In this document: in pieces, positions 47,640-58,574 of the stretch | Numbering within the stretch: position 1 is the first letter of the stretch | Layout: every line of letters begins with the position of its first letter | From: Rebecca billardiae RCC1528 | Taxonomy: Eukaryota; Protista; Haptophyta | Length of the DNA stretch: 64,000 nucleotides | Direction: 5' to 3' | NCBI GenBank assembly: GCA_965240325.2 | Contig: OZ251232.1 | Coordinates: 1,736,001 to 1,800,000, forward strand | Translations under genes and position numbers: made by a program | The notes under the pieces: generated by a model | What the model was told of the DNA's origin: nothing | Databases searched by the model: none | What the model saw: the letters and a program-made list of their open reading frames with translations, nothing else

Positions 47640-49990
47640 CGGCCTGGCTGTGGCACCTCCCTGCTGCTACCACCGCATGCGGCGCGAAGCTTCCTGAGCG
47701 CAGCTACTGCCAGCTCGGCATCGAATGGCAGAGGCTCGAGCGCGCTACGGAACGAGGCGAGCGGCGACACCACGCTCGGTGCGTCCAGCGCCCACGCCTC
47801 TCGGGTGGGCACTGCCAAGCTTTCAGCTGCTGCGGCCGCCCGCCGTGGCACCATCCCTGCTGCTGCCGCCGCACGCGGCGCGGAGTCGAGCGCTGCCGCT
47901 GCTGCCCAAGCTGGGCGCCGGCGCAGCAGCGTCGGATGGCAGCGGCTCCAGTGCCATGGGCAAGGCGAGCAGCGGCACCGCGTTCGGTGCGCCCACCGCC
48001 CACGCCCCTCGGGCGTGCACCGCCGAGCTGACAGCTGCGTCGACAGCCGCCGCCCGCCATGGCACCATCCCTGCTGCTGCTGCCGCACGCGGCGCGGAGT
48101 CGAGCGCTGCTACTGCTGCCACGGCTGGGCGCGGGCGCAGCAGCACCGGATGGCAGCGGCTCCAGCGCCATGGGCGAGGCGAGCAGCGTCACCGCGTTCG
48201 GTGCCTCCAGCGCCCACACCCCTCGGGCGTGCACCGCCGAGCTGACAGCTGCGTCGACAGCCGCCGCCCGCCATGGCACCATCCCTGCTGCTGCCGCCGC
48301 ACGCGGCGCGGAGTCGAGCGCTGCCGCTGCTGCCCAAGCTGGGCGCCGGCGCAGCAGCGTCGGATGGCAGCGGCTCCAGTGCCATGGGCGAGGCGAGCAG
48401 CGTCACCGCGTTCGGTGCCTCCAGCGCCCACGCCCCTCGGGCGTGCACCGCCGAGCTCACAGCTGCGTCGACAGCCGCCGCCCGCCATGGCACCATCCCT
48501 GCTGCTGCTGCCGCACGCGGCGCGGAGTCGAGCGCTGCTGCTGCTGCCACGGCTGGGCGCGGGCGCAGCAGCACCGGATGGCAGCGGCTCCAGCGCGATG
48601 GGCGAGGCGAGCAGCGTCACGGCGTTCGGTGCCTCCAGCGCCTACGCCCCTCGGGCGTGCACCGCCGAGCTTCCAGCTGCGTCGACCGCCGCCGCCCGCC
48701 GTGGCACCATCCCTGCTGCTGCCGCCGCACGCGGCGCGGAGTCGAGCGCTGCTGCTGCTGCCACGGCTGGGCGCGGGCGCAGTAGCACCGGATGGCAGCG
48801 GCTCCAGCGCCATGGGCGAGGAGAGCAGCGTCACCGCGTTCGGTGCCTCCAGCGCCCACGCCCCTCGGGCGTGCACCGCCGAGCTGACAGCTCCGTCGAC
48901 CGCCGCCGCCCGCCATGGCACCATCCCTGCTGCTGCTGCCGCACGCGGCGCGGAGTTGAGCGCTGCCGCTGCTGCCACGGCTGGGCGCGGGCGCAGCAGC
49001 GTCGGATGGCAGCGGCTCCAGCGCCATGGGCGAGGCGAGCAGCGTCACGGCGCTCGGTGCGCCCAGCGCCCACGCCCCTCGGGCGTGCACCGCCGAGCTT
49101 CCAGCTGCGTCGACCGCCGCCGCCCGCCGTGGCACCATCCCTGCTGCTGCCGCCGCACGCGGCGCGGAGTTGAGCGCTGCCGCTGCTGCCCTGGCCGGGC
49201 GCGGGCGCAGCAGCGTCGGATGGCAGCGGCTCCAGCGCGATGGGCGAGGCGAGCAGCGTCACGGCGCTCGGTGCGCCCAGCGCCCACGCCCCTCGGGCGT
49301 GCACCGCCGAGCTTCCAGCTCCGTCGACCGCCGCCGCCCGCCGTGGCACCATCCCTGCTGCTGCTGCCGCACGCGGCGCGGAGTCGAGCGCTGCTGCTGC
49401 TGCCACGGCTGGGCGCGGGCGCAGCAGCACCGGATGGCAGCGGCTCCAGCGCGATGGGCGAGGCGAGCAGCGTCACGGCGCTCGGTGCGCCCAGCGCCCA
49501 CGCCTCTCGGGCGTGCACCGCCGAGCTTCCAGCTGCGTTGACCGCCGCCGCCCGCCGTGGCACCATCCCTGCTTGTGCCGCCAATGCGGCGCGGAGTCGA
49601 GCGCTGCTGCAGCTGGGCCCCAGCTGGGCGCAGGCACAGCAGCACCAGATGGGAGCGGCTCCAGCGCGCTGGGCAGTGCCGTGGTCGCGTGGAGTGACGT
49701 CAACGCGCTCGACGCGTACGTCGCCGTGGCCCCTCGAGCGAGCGACACCGAGCTGTCATCTGCGGCGAACGCCGTCATCCGCAGCGGGACCATCCCAGCA
49801 GCTGCTGCCGCATGCGGAGCAGATTCGCCGAGCGTGGCTGCTGCTGGTGTTGGCCCGGATGGGCGCGGGCGCAGCATCATCAGTTGCCAGCGACCCCATC
49901 GCGGTGGACGCGATGGGCTAGGTCGCTACTTTCGGCGCGCCATTGCCCAGGCCGTTCAAGCGAGCACCACCGAGCTGATAGCTGGAGCGA
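47640..49990 (+). repeat. 214-bp tandem satellite, ~11 units, inverted relative to 40960-43600
   Basis: Same unit (GGCACCATCCCTGCTGCTGCCGCCGCACGCGGCGCGGAGTCGAGCG...), period 214 (48061, 48275, 48489). Confidence 0.95.
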
Positions 49991-52557
49991 CTGCCGCCGC
50001 CCGTCGTGGTACTGTACTGCTGCTTGCTGCTGCAGCATCAACAGCGCCGCTACTACTATTACCAGCAGCGCTGGGCGCGTGTATCCGAAGCAGCACCGTA
50101 CTGTATTGATGGCCCTGCCGTCTGAGTAGGGGAACATGCCAGTAGCTCGCATGCACCAGGATTGCAGTCCATGCCAGTACTGCCTCGCCGAGTAGAGTAG
50201 TAGGACCTCATCTGCTCACACAGCTGTGGCGCTGCCGTCTCCTTGCTGTCACGCGCAGAGCAAGTCGAGAAGTGTCTGGCGACCACCGATGCCAGTGCTG
50301 CGCCGACAGGTAGATGTCCACCACCCGGCCGCGCCCGTAGCATGGGCGATGGTGAGATGAGTGCAGCACAGCGCACAGCTACGAGCAAGGGTGACGTGCG
50401 ACGGTGTGGAGGCACGCGTGCTGGCGGCATGCTCCGAGCCCCGTGCTGCGTGCCCCCGGCTGCTTCTCGCCCTTGGTCGTCTCCTCGTCGATGCCCTCCT
50501 CCCCCGTACGCGTGAGCTCTGCGACGCCATCGGGCCAGCCCACCAGCGAACCGTGGGCGTGGCGCCCCGGCTGACGGCTGGCTGCCATCGCAAGCCACAC
50601 ACGCCTGCACTCGACAACTGGGCCGCCTGAGCCCTGTTGCCGCGTGCACGGCCACATTGTCAAGATCACTACGTACTGTTGAACCAAGTGTGCACGTTAA
50701 ATCTTACTACGTACTGTATCATAGTAAACTGTAGATCAGTACAGTACTTCCTTGCCATGGAACTTGAGCTCGGTGGGCGCCCACGCCCCACGCGGCGAGG
50801 GCGACGACGGGCGTACACGGGGCCTGCGGCGGCGGGAAGCGCGCGGACGCGGCCGAGAACATCACGGTCCGGACGCCTCTCGCCAGCCGCGGACACGCAC
50901 CGCGCCTCCTCCTTGCAGTTGCACGCTGCTACTTCATCTCGGCCGCCACACGGTGGTTTTGCTGCCGACCGGCTCAAGTTCCACGGCTGGTCACGATTGG
51001 GCGTGCGACCTCGCCACTGGTGCTTGCAAGAAGGTACACGAGTTGGTTGAACTCCCGCGCACCCGCTCTGCGCTCGTCGACGCCTTCTGACGGTGACTCG
51101 GGGTGCATGCGGGGCAGTGGAATGCAGTGGGTCCGGGCATTGACTCCCAGTCGTCCAGAGCGCAGGCCACGTAGCGCGGATGTGGTGCGCACATGGCCCG
51201 GTAATGCGGTCGCGCCATGTCTGACTGGTCTGCCCAAGGCCTGCGGCACCGCGAAACGAGCGCTCGGGAGCGCGTGACGAGCGTGCCAGCCACGTCGAGG
51301 TGGGCCACTTCGCTGGGAAATGTGCCGAGGCTCAAGTTCCACCGAACGCTCCGTACACCAAAGCCCAAGCCCACCGAGGGCGTTGGTTGGTTGGTCCAAC
51401 TATCAGCAGACCATCCGATTCCATCCAAGCGCAACAGCACTCGCCGCCGCCGGTGATGGGCGGTTGCCGGGGCGCGCGCCGTCAACGGGCGTCCGAGGCG
51501 CTGCGCACGCGTGCATGCCGGTAGCAGGTGCGGAGACGGCGACGACGAGCGAAGCGCGCGAGGTGGAGAGGGGCGCAGTAGCTTCCAACAGCAGCGCCAC
51601 CGGGCGCGCCGCCGTCGCGCGCACCGCAGCGCCCGCAGCGCCTTTACGCCGTCGGTGCGCCCCAAGGCACCCCCATCAGCCATCACCGGTGTCCACCAAC
51701 GATCACTCAACAGACCAGGGCTCTGTCGAGAGGCCGCCAAGGTCCGACCGACTCAACAGAGCATTCTTCTGTCGAGTCCAGCTGGCCTCCAAGCTCAACT
51801 CAACAGAGCCTGGGCCCTGTTGTCGAGCCCACCCCCCCCCCTCGCCGATCGGCCAACTCAACAGAACATCCTTCTGTTGAGTTGGCCGAAAAGCGCCAAA
51901 CCGGGTTGCAATGACAGCGATCGATCGATGAAAGGGATATCCGATCCGATACTGCACGTTAACGGTAAATGGATATCAGTGAACTGCAACTACTCATTCT
52001 ATATTATTTGACGACACAGGTATCATAAGGTCTCTATACCCCCATGGTGGTATTCATACTGCGCTTCTTCGTGAGAGTTGCGTTGAAGATTTGAGGGTGT
52101 CAGATTTCGATCTCCGAAAAAATCTGATGACGATGTTCTTCTCGTCGACCTGAGAATAGTCTGCCTTCGCACCTGTACTCTTGATGAGGTCTGCTTTTCC
52201 ATATGGCGGGCCGTTTATACTATCATAGTATCATACATTCTCAAGACAATTGTCAATCAACGAGATCATCAAACATGTACTCTCTTTTATACTCTCGTCT
52301 CAATATGTACTCAGTCGTCGTTCCTGCGCGAATCATGATATTGACGTAGTACTTTTGAAGGCGCCACGGCGCGGGTTCGAAGCGCCATCTAGCCAACTGA
52401 AGGAATATAAAGGGGGGGCTACCGGCGCGTACTCAAGGTGGGTGCGCAGCCGCCCCGCCGCCGGGCCGGGACTTAAATTAATTTACATGGCCCGGCGTCG
52501 GGGCTGCGAGCGCTTTGCAGTTCGCGATCGCCTGGCAAGCAGGCACGAGGAGGCGTG

Positions 52558-54420
52558 ATGATCAAGCGCACCACCATCGCCGGCGCGGCGTGCACGCTCG
52601 CTCTCGCAGCGATGGCGTGCGCGCTCGTCCTCGCGCTCGTCTCGAGCGGCCGCCCTGCGGCAATCGGTACGCCGCTGCCTGCTCCCCTCCCACCACGGCC
52701 ATGCACTCCGCGGCGCGGCGCGCGGCGTCAGCGCTGTCCGACCACCCGCCGCGCTCGCGCCGCGCCGTACGTCGTGCTGGCTCTGATACCGCGCTCGCGC
52801 GTGGCGCCGCGCCGCTGCGCGCAGGTGCCGACGCATCTGCCCCGGCCGTAACGCTGTACCCTGTTCATCCGGGGAACCACACCTGGGCGGACGAGCACCA
52901 CCCCGTCACCGATCCCGAGGCCGGATGGATCCCACCAAACATCACGGATGATCCTCCCCCTGAGAACGCCCTTCACCTGGAGAAGGCATCGCGCAATCTG
53001 GAGAAAGGCTACCACAATACCGGTGGTACGAGCGCGCACGTGCGCGGCCCGAGCCCCCGCACGCGTCCGGGGCCACGAGGCCGTGCGCTCGCTCAGTCGC
53101 TCGGTGCGCTGCAGTGGCCAATCGCCTGCGCTCTGCGAGTCTGACGCGCGCAAGCGGCCCGCTCGCCCACCGTGCGTGCCGCGCGCAGCATGGGAATACT
53201 GCTGCCACAAGGACCACCACGCCCAGGGCATTCTCGACCCGTCAAAGACTTACGAGATCTGGTTCGGCGTGCGCTTCGAGACCGCCACTACTGAGATTCG
53301 TGAGGACATGCCGAGTACGTTCATCACGGTCGCTGGGTCGACGGACGTCTGGTGCACGCACGATGTCTTCAAGATCAATGACCTCGCGCCCGGCCACAAC
53401 AAGATCTGCAAGTACCGGGTGGTCCCGCCGAGGGGCTTGGCCGAGAGCTGGGTGATCGCACAATCCCCCAACAACGACGCCTACGACTACCGCGGCTACT
53501 GGCGAGCGTATGGTCAAATCTACGAGGTCAAGATCGGGCCGCAGGGTGGGCCGTACACCTACAACGTATGCGCTGCTCCGCGCGCGCGCCCAAGCGAGCT
53601 GTAGCTGTGGCGCACCCGCGCTGCATTCGGCGCGTGCGCACGGCGCCTGCGCCGCCCGGCAGCCGCCGCCGCCGCCCGCAATGCTCCTCACACGTGCGCG
53701 CCACTACACGCGCCCTCGCGGCCGCCGCCGCCATCGCGCGCGCAGTTCGTCGGTGCGCCGACGGGCGCGGTCAACCCGGAGTATGGCTACGATGTGACTG
53801 GGGCCTGGTGGGCGTGTACGAAGAACTTCCTGCAGGACATGGCCCACCACATGAGCGCCTATGAGTTCTGCAGTGGCTACCGCGCGGCACCGTGGAGCAA
53901 GCTGCACTTCCACCCGTGCCGCGGGGATGCCTGCCTCGTGCAGCCTGACGTCAAGAAGTGGGTGATGGCTATCCAGGGCGTGTCCAACTCGAACTATTAC
54001 GCCGGTGAGTACATCGTCTACCGTGTCATGATGGGCCCCTACGCTCCGTGCGAGCCCCACGGACCCAATGGCTACCAGTTCATGCTCGACCACCAGGCCA
54101 ACTTCCCGAGCTGGGTACAGTCGTACCGCTGCGCCTGGGCGCCGATCGTGGAGAAGACCGATTGCCAGCTTTACTGCGACCATACTGGGTGCAACGATGG
54201 CGCCTGGATGCAGTGTCTGGAGAACGAGCTCATTGAGTTCCAGCGAGGCCTGCAGCACCAACTCCAGATTTGGAAGGATATGGCAGACGACCTGCAGCGC
54301 GCCTTCTACTCTGAGAACCCCATCATCCAGGGCGGCTTCCAGCTGTACGACTACGCCAGTGGCTTTATTTCTGACATGGTGGACTGGTTTCCCAATGCCT
54401 TTTCCTTCCTCGGCTTCTAG
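52558..54420 (+). CDS. 453-aa secreted or membrane-anchored Cys/Trp/Tyr-rich protein of unknown family; exons 52558-52666, 52825-53025, 53189-53565, 53746-54420
   Basis: Hydrophobic N-terminus (MIKRTTIAGAACTLALAAMACALVLALVS). Three GC-rich GTA...CAG introns join four track ORFs in frame (109+201+377+675 nt). Confidence 0.8.
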
Positions 54421-55011
54421 AGCGCCGTGGCGACCAACTACTGTCCACGGATGAGCACCAACCGCATGAGTGAATGATGGCATGCGCGCTGTGGCACAGT
54501 GCCAAATCCCATCTCCCACAAGTGCCTGAACGAGTCCTCTGCAACCGCAAGGCCAACTACTGCACCGTCCACCACTTGCTCGGAACCCAGTCCACAACGG
54601 TAAGGCCAAGTACTACTAACTACCACATCATCCGATCCGCACGGGCTGCTGACGACAAGTAGGCGACTCCCTTGACGACACCAACATGCGCACCCGTCTT
54701 TGACAGTTTGGTACGACCTACTTCCTGCCGGCCTGACGACTGTCCGCCTGTCGACAACATCCACTCCAGCTGGCGACCATAAGCGCCAACGTGCTCACAG
54801 ACCACGATTCACTGCCTCAAGCTTCGACCAGTACGACGACAGACCGCGAATCATGAGCTGAGAGCTGCGCCCGCTCGTGCCTGTGTCTATTTTAAACGAA
54901 AGTATATATATATATATTCATATAATTATAAGATAGATATATATAGATCGATATATGCATGCAATAGATGATGAATTAGCATGTATCATCATCAGACGGC
55001 CGGCCAAGTTA

Positions 55012-55626
55012 CAGCAGGTGGATACGGGCTAACTGGACACAGGGGCTATCTGGACACTCAGCGGGCGGCGGGCCTCGTGGCGAGGGCTCGTGGGCGAACG
55101 AGCACGAGCGCCCACTGGCGGGTGGCCACGACGGCGCACGATGTTCGTTGAACTCACCTGGTCGTGAGACGTCGTCTGCGCACGCGCCAGGTCGCGCTTC
55201 TCGCCGCCTTCGCCTTGTTTCGTGAGTCCCGCGCACAACGGCGAACGCCAGCGTAGTTCAAGCCGCAAGGCGCGTGCGCGGACTCAGGAAGGGCGGACTC
55301 CGAGGCAAGGCGCGGTTGCGCTGGCGTGGGTAGGTCTCAGAGCAACCGTCCGAGCCGCTGCACACGCTTTTTCTCCGCGCGCGCGTCTCTGAGCTCGATT
55401 CCCATGCCTCAGCCATCAGTGCCAGGGGCTAATTGGACAGTGCCATTGCGGCCGCCACGCGCGGAGACGGGCCCGCAGCGCAGAAAGCGCGCCTGCGGCG
55501 GAACTCCAGGGACCCCCTGAAGTCCGTCCCTGGCGCCCCTTCGACCCCCATGCTCCCAGGGAGGCCTCCGCGTGAGTTGGGTCGGCCACTGTCCAGATCA
55601 CCCGTACGTAACCCGTACTCCACCTG
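55012..55626. mobile_element. 615-bp Tc1/mariner-type MITE
   Basis: Ends TA|CAG(CAG)GTGGATACGGG ... CCCGTACTCCACCTG|TA; repeated GGGCTAnyTGGACA subterminal motif. Confidence 0.7.
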
Positions 55627-55776
55627 TAATCATAATATATATATATAGACGTACTAATAGAGAGTCAATAATTAAAGACGACGACCCTGCTGCTTCTTAT
55701 TATTATATAATGCGTCTTATTCGGTCTTATTTATTAAATTGTGACACCGGATGCTGATGGCAACGCTAGATATTCG

Positions 55777-58455
55777 TCAAGCGGCAGACGATGATGCGCT
55801 GCTGATGATGAGCAGCAGCATCGTCGTGGCGTTGCCTGCTGTCTGTGACGAGCGGGCCATCGTCAGCTGTTCGGCAGCAGCGCAGCAGGCGGCGGCAGAG
55901 GCATCGACGCGGCTGCTGGCTAAGGTGTCCACTCCTTTGGGCTTGTCGTCCGGCGACTGCGGCTGTGGGCAATATCGCCGCCAATGCGCTGGGCTCGCCG
56001 CCGCGTCCTCGGAGAGCGGCTCGAGCACGCGCAGCTCGTGCGTGGCGTGCCCGTACCCGCCCGCGTGCGCCTCGACGGCCAACGCAAAGACGCCCGCCGT
56101 CACCGCGCTCGACCGCTGCCCCGCGGGCGCGCGCTGTTGCCACCCCGCGCCGGCAGCGCCCGCGCCAAGCAGCGAGCCGATGCCCTCGCTCGAGCGCGCC
56201 TGCTGCAGGTCGCCCAGCAGGCCCGCGATGACGCGCACGCCGCACTGCGCCGCGTACTGCACCGCTCGAGCGTCGGCGGGCGCGTGCGTCAGCCTGTGCA
56301 CCACGAGCACGTGCGGCTGGTGCGCGCTCAGCGCGGCGGTCAGCACGCTCGGCTGCGCGTCGAGCGAGGCTGGCCGCGCCACCCGCGCGCGGCCGATGCC
56401 GCCGTGCGCGTTGAGGCTGCTGCTGCCCGCGAGCTCGCCCACCGAGTCGATGACGAGCACGCGCTGCTCCGCCGACAGCTCGCGCGCCGCGTCTCGCAGC
56501 AGGTCGGCCGCCGCCGCGAGCGGCGCGCCGCGCGGTGAGAGCACGAGGATCGATGGCGCGTCCGCGCGGTGCAGCAGGTCATGGATCAAGCCGGCGCTGC
56601 CGCGCACGCAGTGGCCGGGGCGGATGGTGAGACCCAGGCACACGCTCGGGTCGTGCGGCGCGCGCAGCTGGCCCACGCAGTGCGGATAGCCGCCGCCGCC
56701 GCCGAGCGTGCCCGCGCCGGGCGCCGCGTGCGCAGGCGCGGCGCGCGCCACGCCGCCGCCGCTCGCTTCCAGCGCCGCGACGATGGCGGCGAGCTCGTCC
56801 GCCATCAGCGGCGGCTTCTCGTCGTGCGCGACGGGCGTGCTCGAGCCGAGCGCGCCCGCGTCGCCTGCGTCGGTCGAGACGCGCTCGTCGTCCGCCCAGA
56901 AGCAGGGCGCCGTGCCCACGTCCAGCTCGACCAGGGTGACGACGCGCGGCGCGGCGCGCGGGCTGCCGCGCTGCCACCACGGGCCGTCTCGCGCCGCGCG
57001 GACGCACGCCTGCTTGAGCTGCGCGCGCAGGAGAGGCGGCATGAGCTGCGCAAGCGCCGCCATGTCGGCGGGCCGATGCTCGAGCGCCGGATGCACCATC
57101 TCCGCAGGCCGAGTGCGCCGCAGCAGCTCGGGGCTGGCGAGCGCGCACGCGCGGCCCTTGTCAAAGCACGCGGGGCGCGCGCCCTGGTGCCGGATGCCCT
57201 CGGCCATGCGCTCGCCCGTGGCGGCGATCAGCGTGGCCAGGCGCTCGGCCGAGCCGTCGCGTTGCTCGCTCGCCATGCGCACGAGGCGCGTGCCGCAGCG
57301 CAAGAGCTGCCGCGCGCGCTCCGTGCATCGCGCGACAACGCTGCTCGGGAGCGGGCGCGCGCCGGGCTGCCCAAGCCCTCCGGACGCCGCGCGGCCGGCC
57401 GCGGCGTGCGCCGTGGCCGGGCCGAAGGGCGAGAACGCCATCAGATGGTCGGCGTGGCGCGCTTGGTGCGGCGACGAGGGCGGCAGCTCGTCGCCCAGCA
57501 GCCGCGAGACCCCGTCGAGCGTCGGCGGCGCCTCGCCCAGCAGCAGCTCCGCCGCCAGCTGCACGTCGAGGGCGCGGCCGATGCACACGCCGCCGTGCGC
57601 CGAGAGCGCGTGCGCCTGCGAGTGCGCGCCGTGCATCAGCTTCACGTCGTGCGCGCCCACGAGCGCGGGCCACAGCTTCCTGAAGGCGTTCTCGGCGCCG
57701 AGCGTGAGCACGTCGACGATGTACGCGCCGTGCTGCGTCGCGAGCAGCACGAGCTCGACGGCGCTGCTCGTCGCGCTCAGCTCGAGCGCGAGCCAGCCGC
57801 CAGGCCCGGCGCCGCCCGAGCCGCCGGCCAGCAGCGGGTCGGCGGCAATGGCTGCCTCGAGCGCCTCGGCCGTGTCGAGGAGCCATGCGGGGTGTGCCGA
57901 CTCGGCGTACGTCGCCGAACCCGCCGCGTGCCCGTCCGCCTCCACACCAAACGGTAGTGGCAGGGACGGCGGTGGCGGTGGGCGCGCCGCCGCTTCTGGC
58001 GGTCGCTCGGGTGCCACGGCCACGGGCGGTGCGGCCGGCTGCGGAGCGAGTGGCGGCGGCGGAGGCCGTGTCGCTCCGGCTTGCTGCGAAGGCTGCGGGG
58101 GCGACGGTGGTGCGGCCGGCACTTGCGGAGCCGGTCGTGGCCGCGTCGATGGCAGCCGTGGCGCCTCTGATGAGGGAGGCAAAGGTACTTCGGGTGGTGG
58201 TAATTCGGCGGTGGGTGCTGGTGGCAAGCTGTCGCTGTCCAGAACTGACCTTGGCTGCGCGGCGCCGCCCAGCTTGGCTGCAATCTCCGTCAAATGCCAT
58301 GTCATCCTGGTGTTCCCATCCTCATCGGATCCATGGTACCGCGTGAAGCCGCGCGTGAGAAAGCCGTAGAGCAGCTCGCTAGGGCCCTTGTGCAGCGGTG
58401 GCGAGCAGATGGATCGGAGGCTGCGCAGCTGAGCTTTGGCGCTCTCCTTCGTCAT
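55777..58455 (-). CDS. Degenerate 3'-5' exonuclease/Ycf45-like ATPase fusion, copy 2 (892 aa)
   Basis: Near-identical to 28946-31633; 9-bp deletion (PLSEDAA versus [10 protein letters not shown]) and substitutions clustered at the C-terminus. Confidence 0.7.
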   Translation of the reverse strand: MTKESAKAQLRSLRSICSPPLHKGPSELLYGFLTRGFTRYHGSDEDGNTRMTWHLTEIAAKLGGAAQPRSVLDSDSLPPAPTAELPPPEVPLPPSSEAPRLPSTRPRPAPQVPAAPPSPPQPSQQAGATRPPPPPLAPQPAAPPVAVAPERPPEAAARPPPPPSLPLPFGVEADGHAAGSATYAESAHPAWLLDTAEALEAAIAADPLLAGGSGGAGPGGWLALELSATSSAVELVLLATQHGAYIVDVLTLGAENAFRKLWPALVGAHDVKLMHGAHSQAHALSAHGGVCIGRALDVQLAAELLLGEAPPTLDGVSRLLGDELPPSSPHQARHADHLMAFSPFGPATAHAAAGRAASGGLGQPGARPLPSSVVARCTERARQLLRCGTRLVRMASEQRDGSAERLATLIAATGERMAEGIRHQGARPACFDKGRACALASPELLRRTRPAEMVHPALEHRPADMAALAQLMPPLLRAQLKQACVRAARDGPWWQRGSPRAAPRVVTLVELDVGTAPCFWADDERVSTDAGDAGALGSSTPVAHDEKPPLMADELAAIVAALEASGGGVARAAPAHAAPGAGTLGGGGGYPHCVGQLRAPHDPSVCLGLTIRPGHCVRGSAGLIHDLLHRADAPSILVLSPRGAPLAAAADLLRDAARELSAEQRVLVIDSVGELAGSSSLNAHGGIGRARVARPASLDAQPSVLTAALSAHQPHVLVVHRLTHAPADARAVQYAAQCGVRVIAGLLGDLQQARSSEGIGSLLGAGAAGAGWQQRAPAGQRSSAVTAGVFALAVEAHAGGYGHATHELRVLEPLSEDAAASPAHWRRYCPQPQSPDDKPKGVDTLASSRVDASAAACCAAAEQLTMARSSQTAGNATTMLLLIISSASSSAA

Positions 58456-58574
58456 CGGCCAGCGCCCTGGATCTTCTCGGCGAGCAGGCAGCGTCGACGA
58501 CGACGATATGCTCCGAACAGTCCTCGCTGCCGCCGCCGCCGGCGCAGCCGCCCACGTCCAAGAACCGCACGCGC

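Larger units (their letters stand above)
37864..51908. mobile_element. 14,045-bp foldback (Galileo/P-like) element with multi-kb terminal inverted repeats
   Basis: Ends CAATACGGTTTGGCGC...GCGCCAAACCGGGTTG; CAATGAC at 37857-37863 and 51909-51915. 37864-38063 pairs with ~51711-51908; 39246-40746 is near-identical to the reverse complement of 50209-51715; diverged homology continues inward through inverted 214-bp arrays. Confidence 0.85.

Noticed and set aside
40960-49990. CRISPR-like array
   Set aside because: Whole units are homologous; there are no unique spacers and no cas genes.
40763-50109. Long repetitive ORFs (up to 620 aa) over the satellite arrays
   Set aside because: The 214-bp unit shifts frame every copy, so ORFs cycle through all three frames on both strands; an artefact of stop-poor GC-rich repeats.
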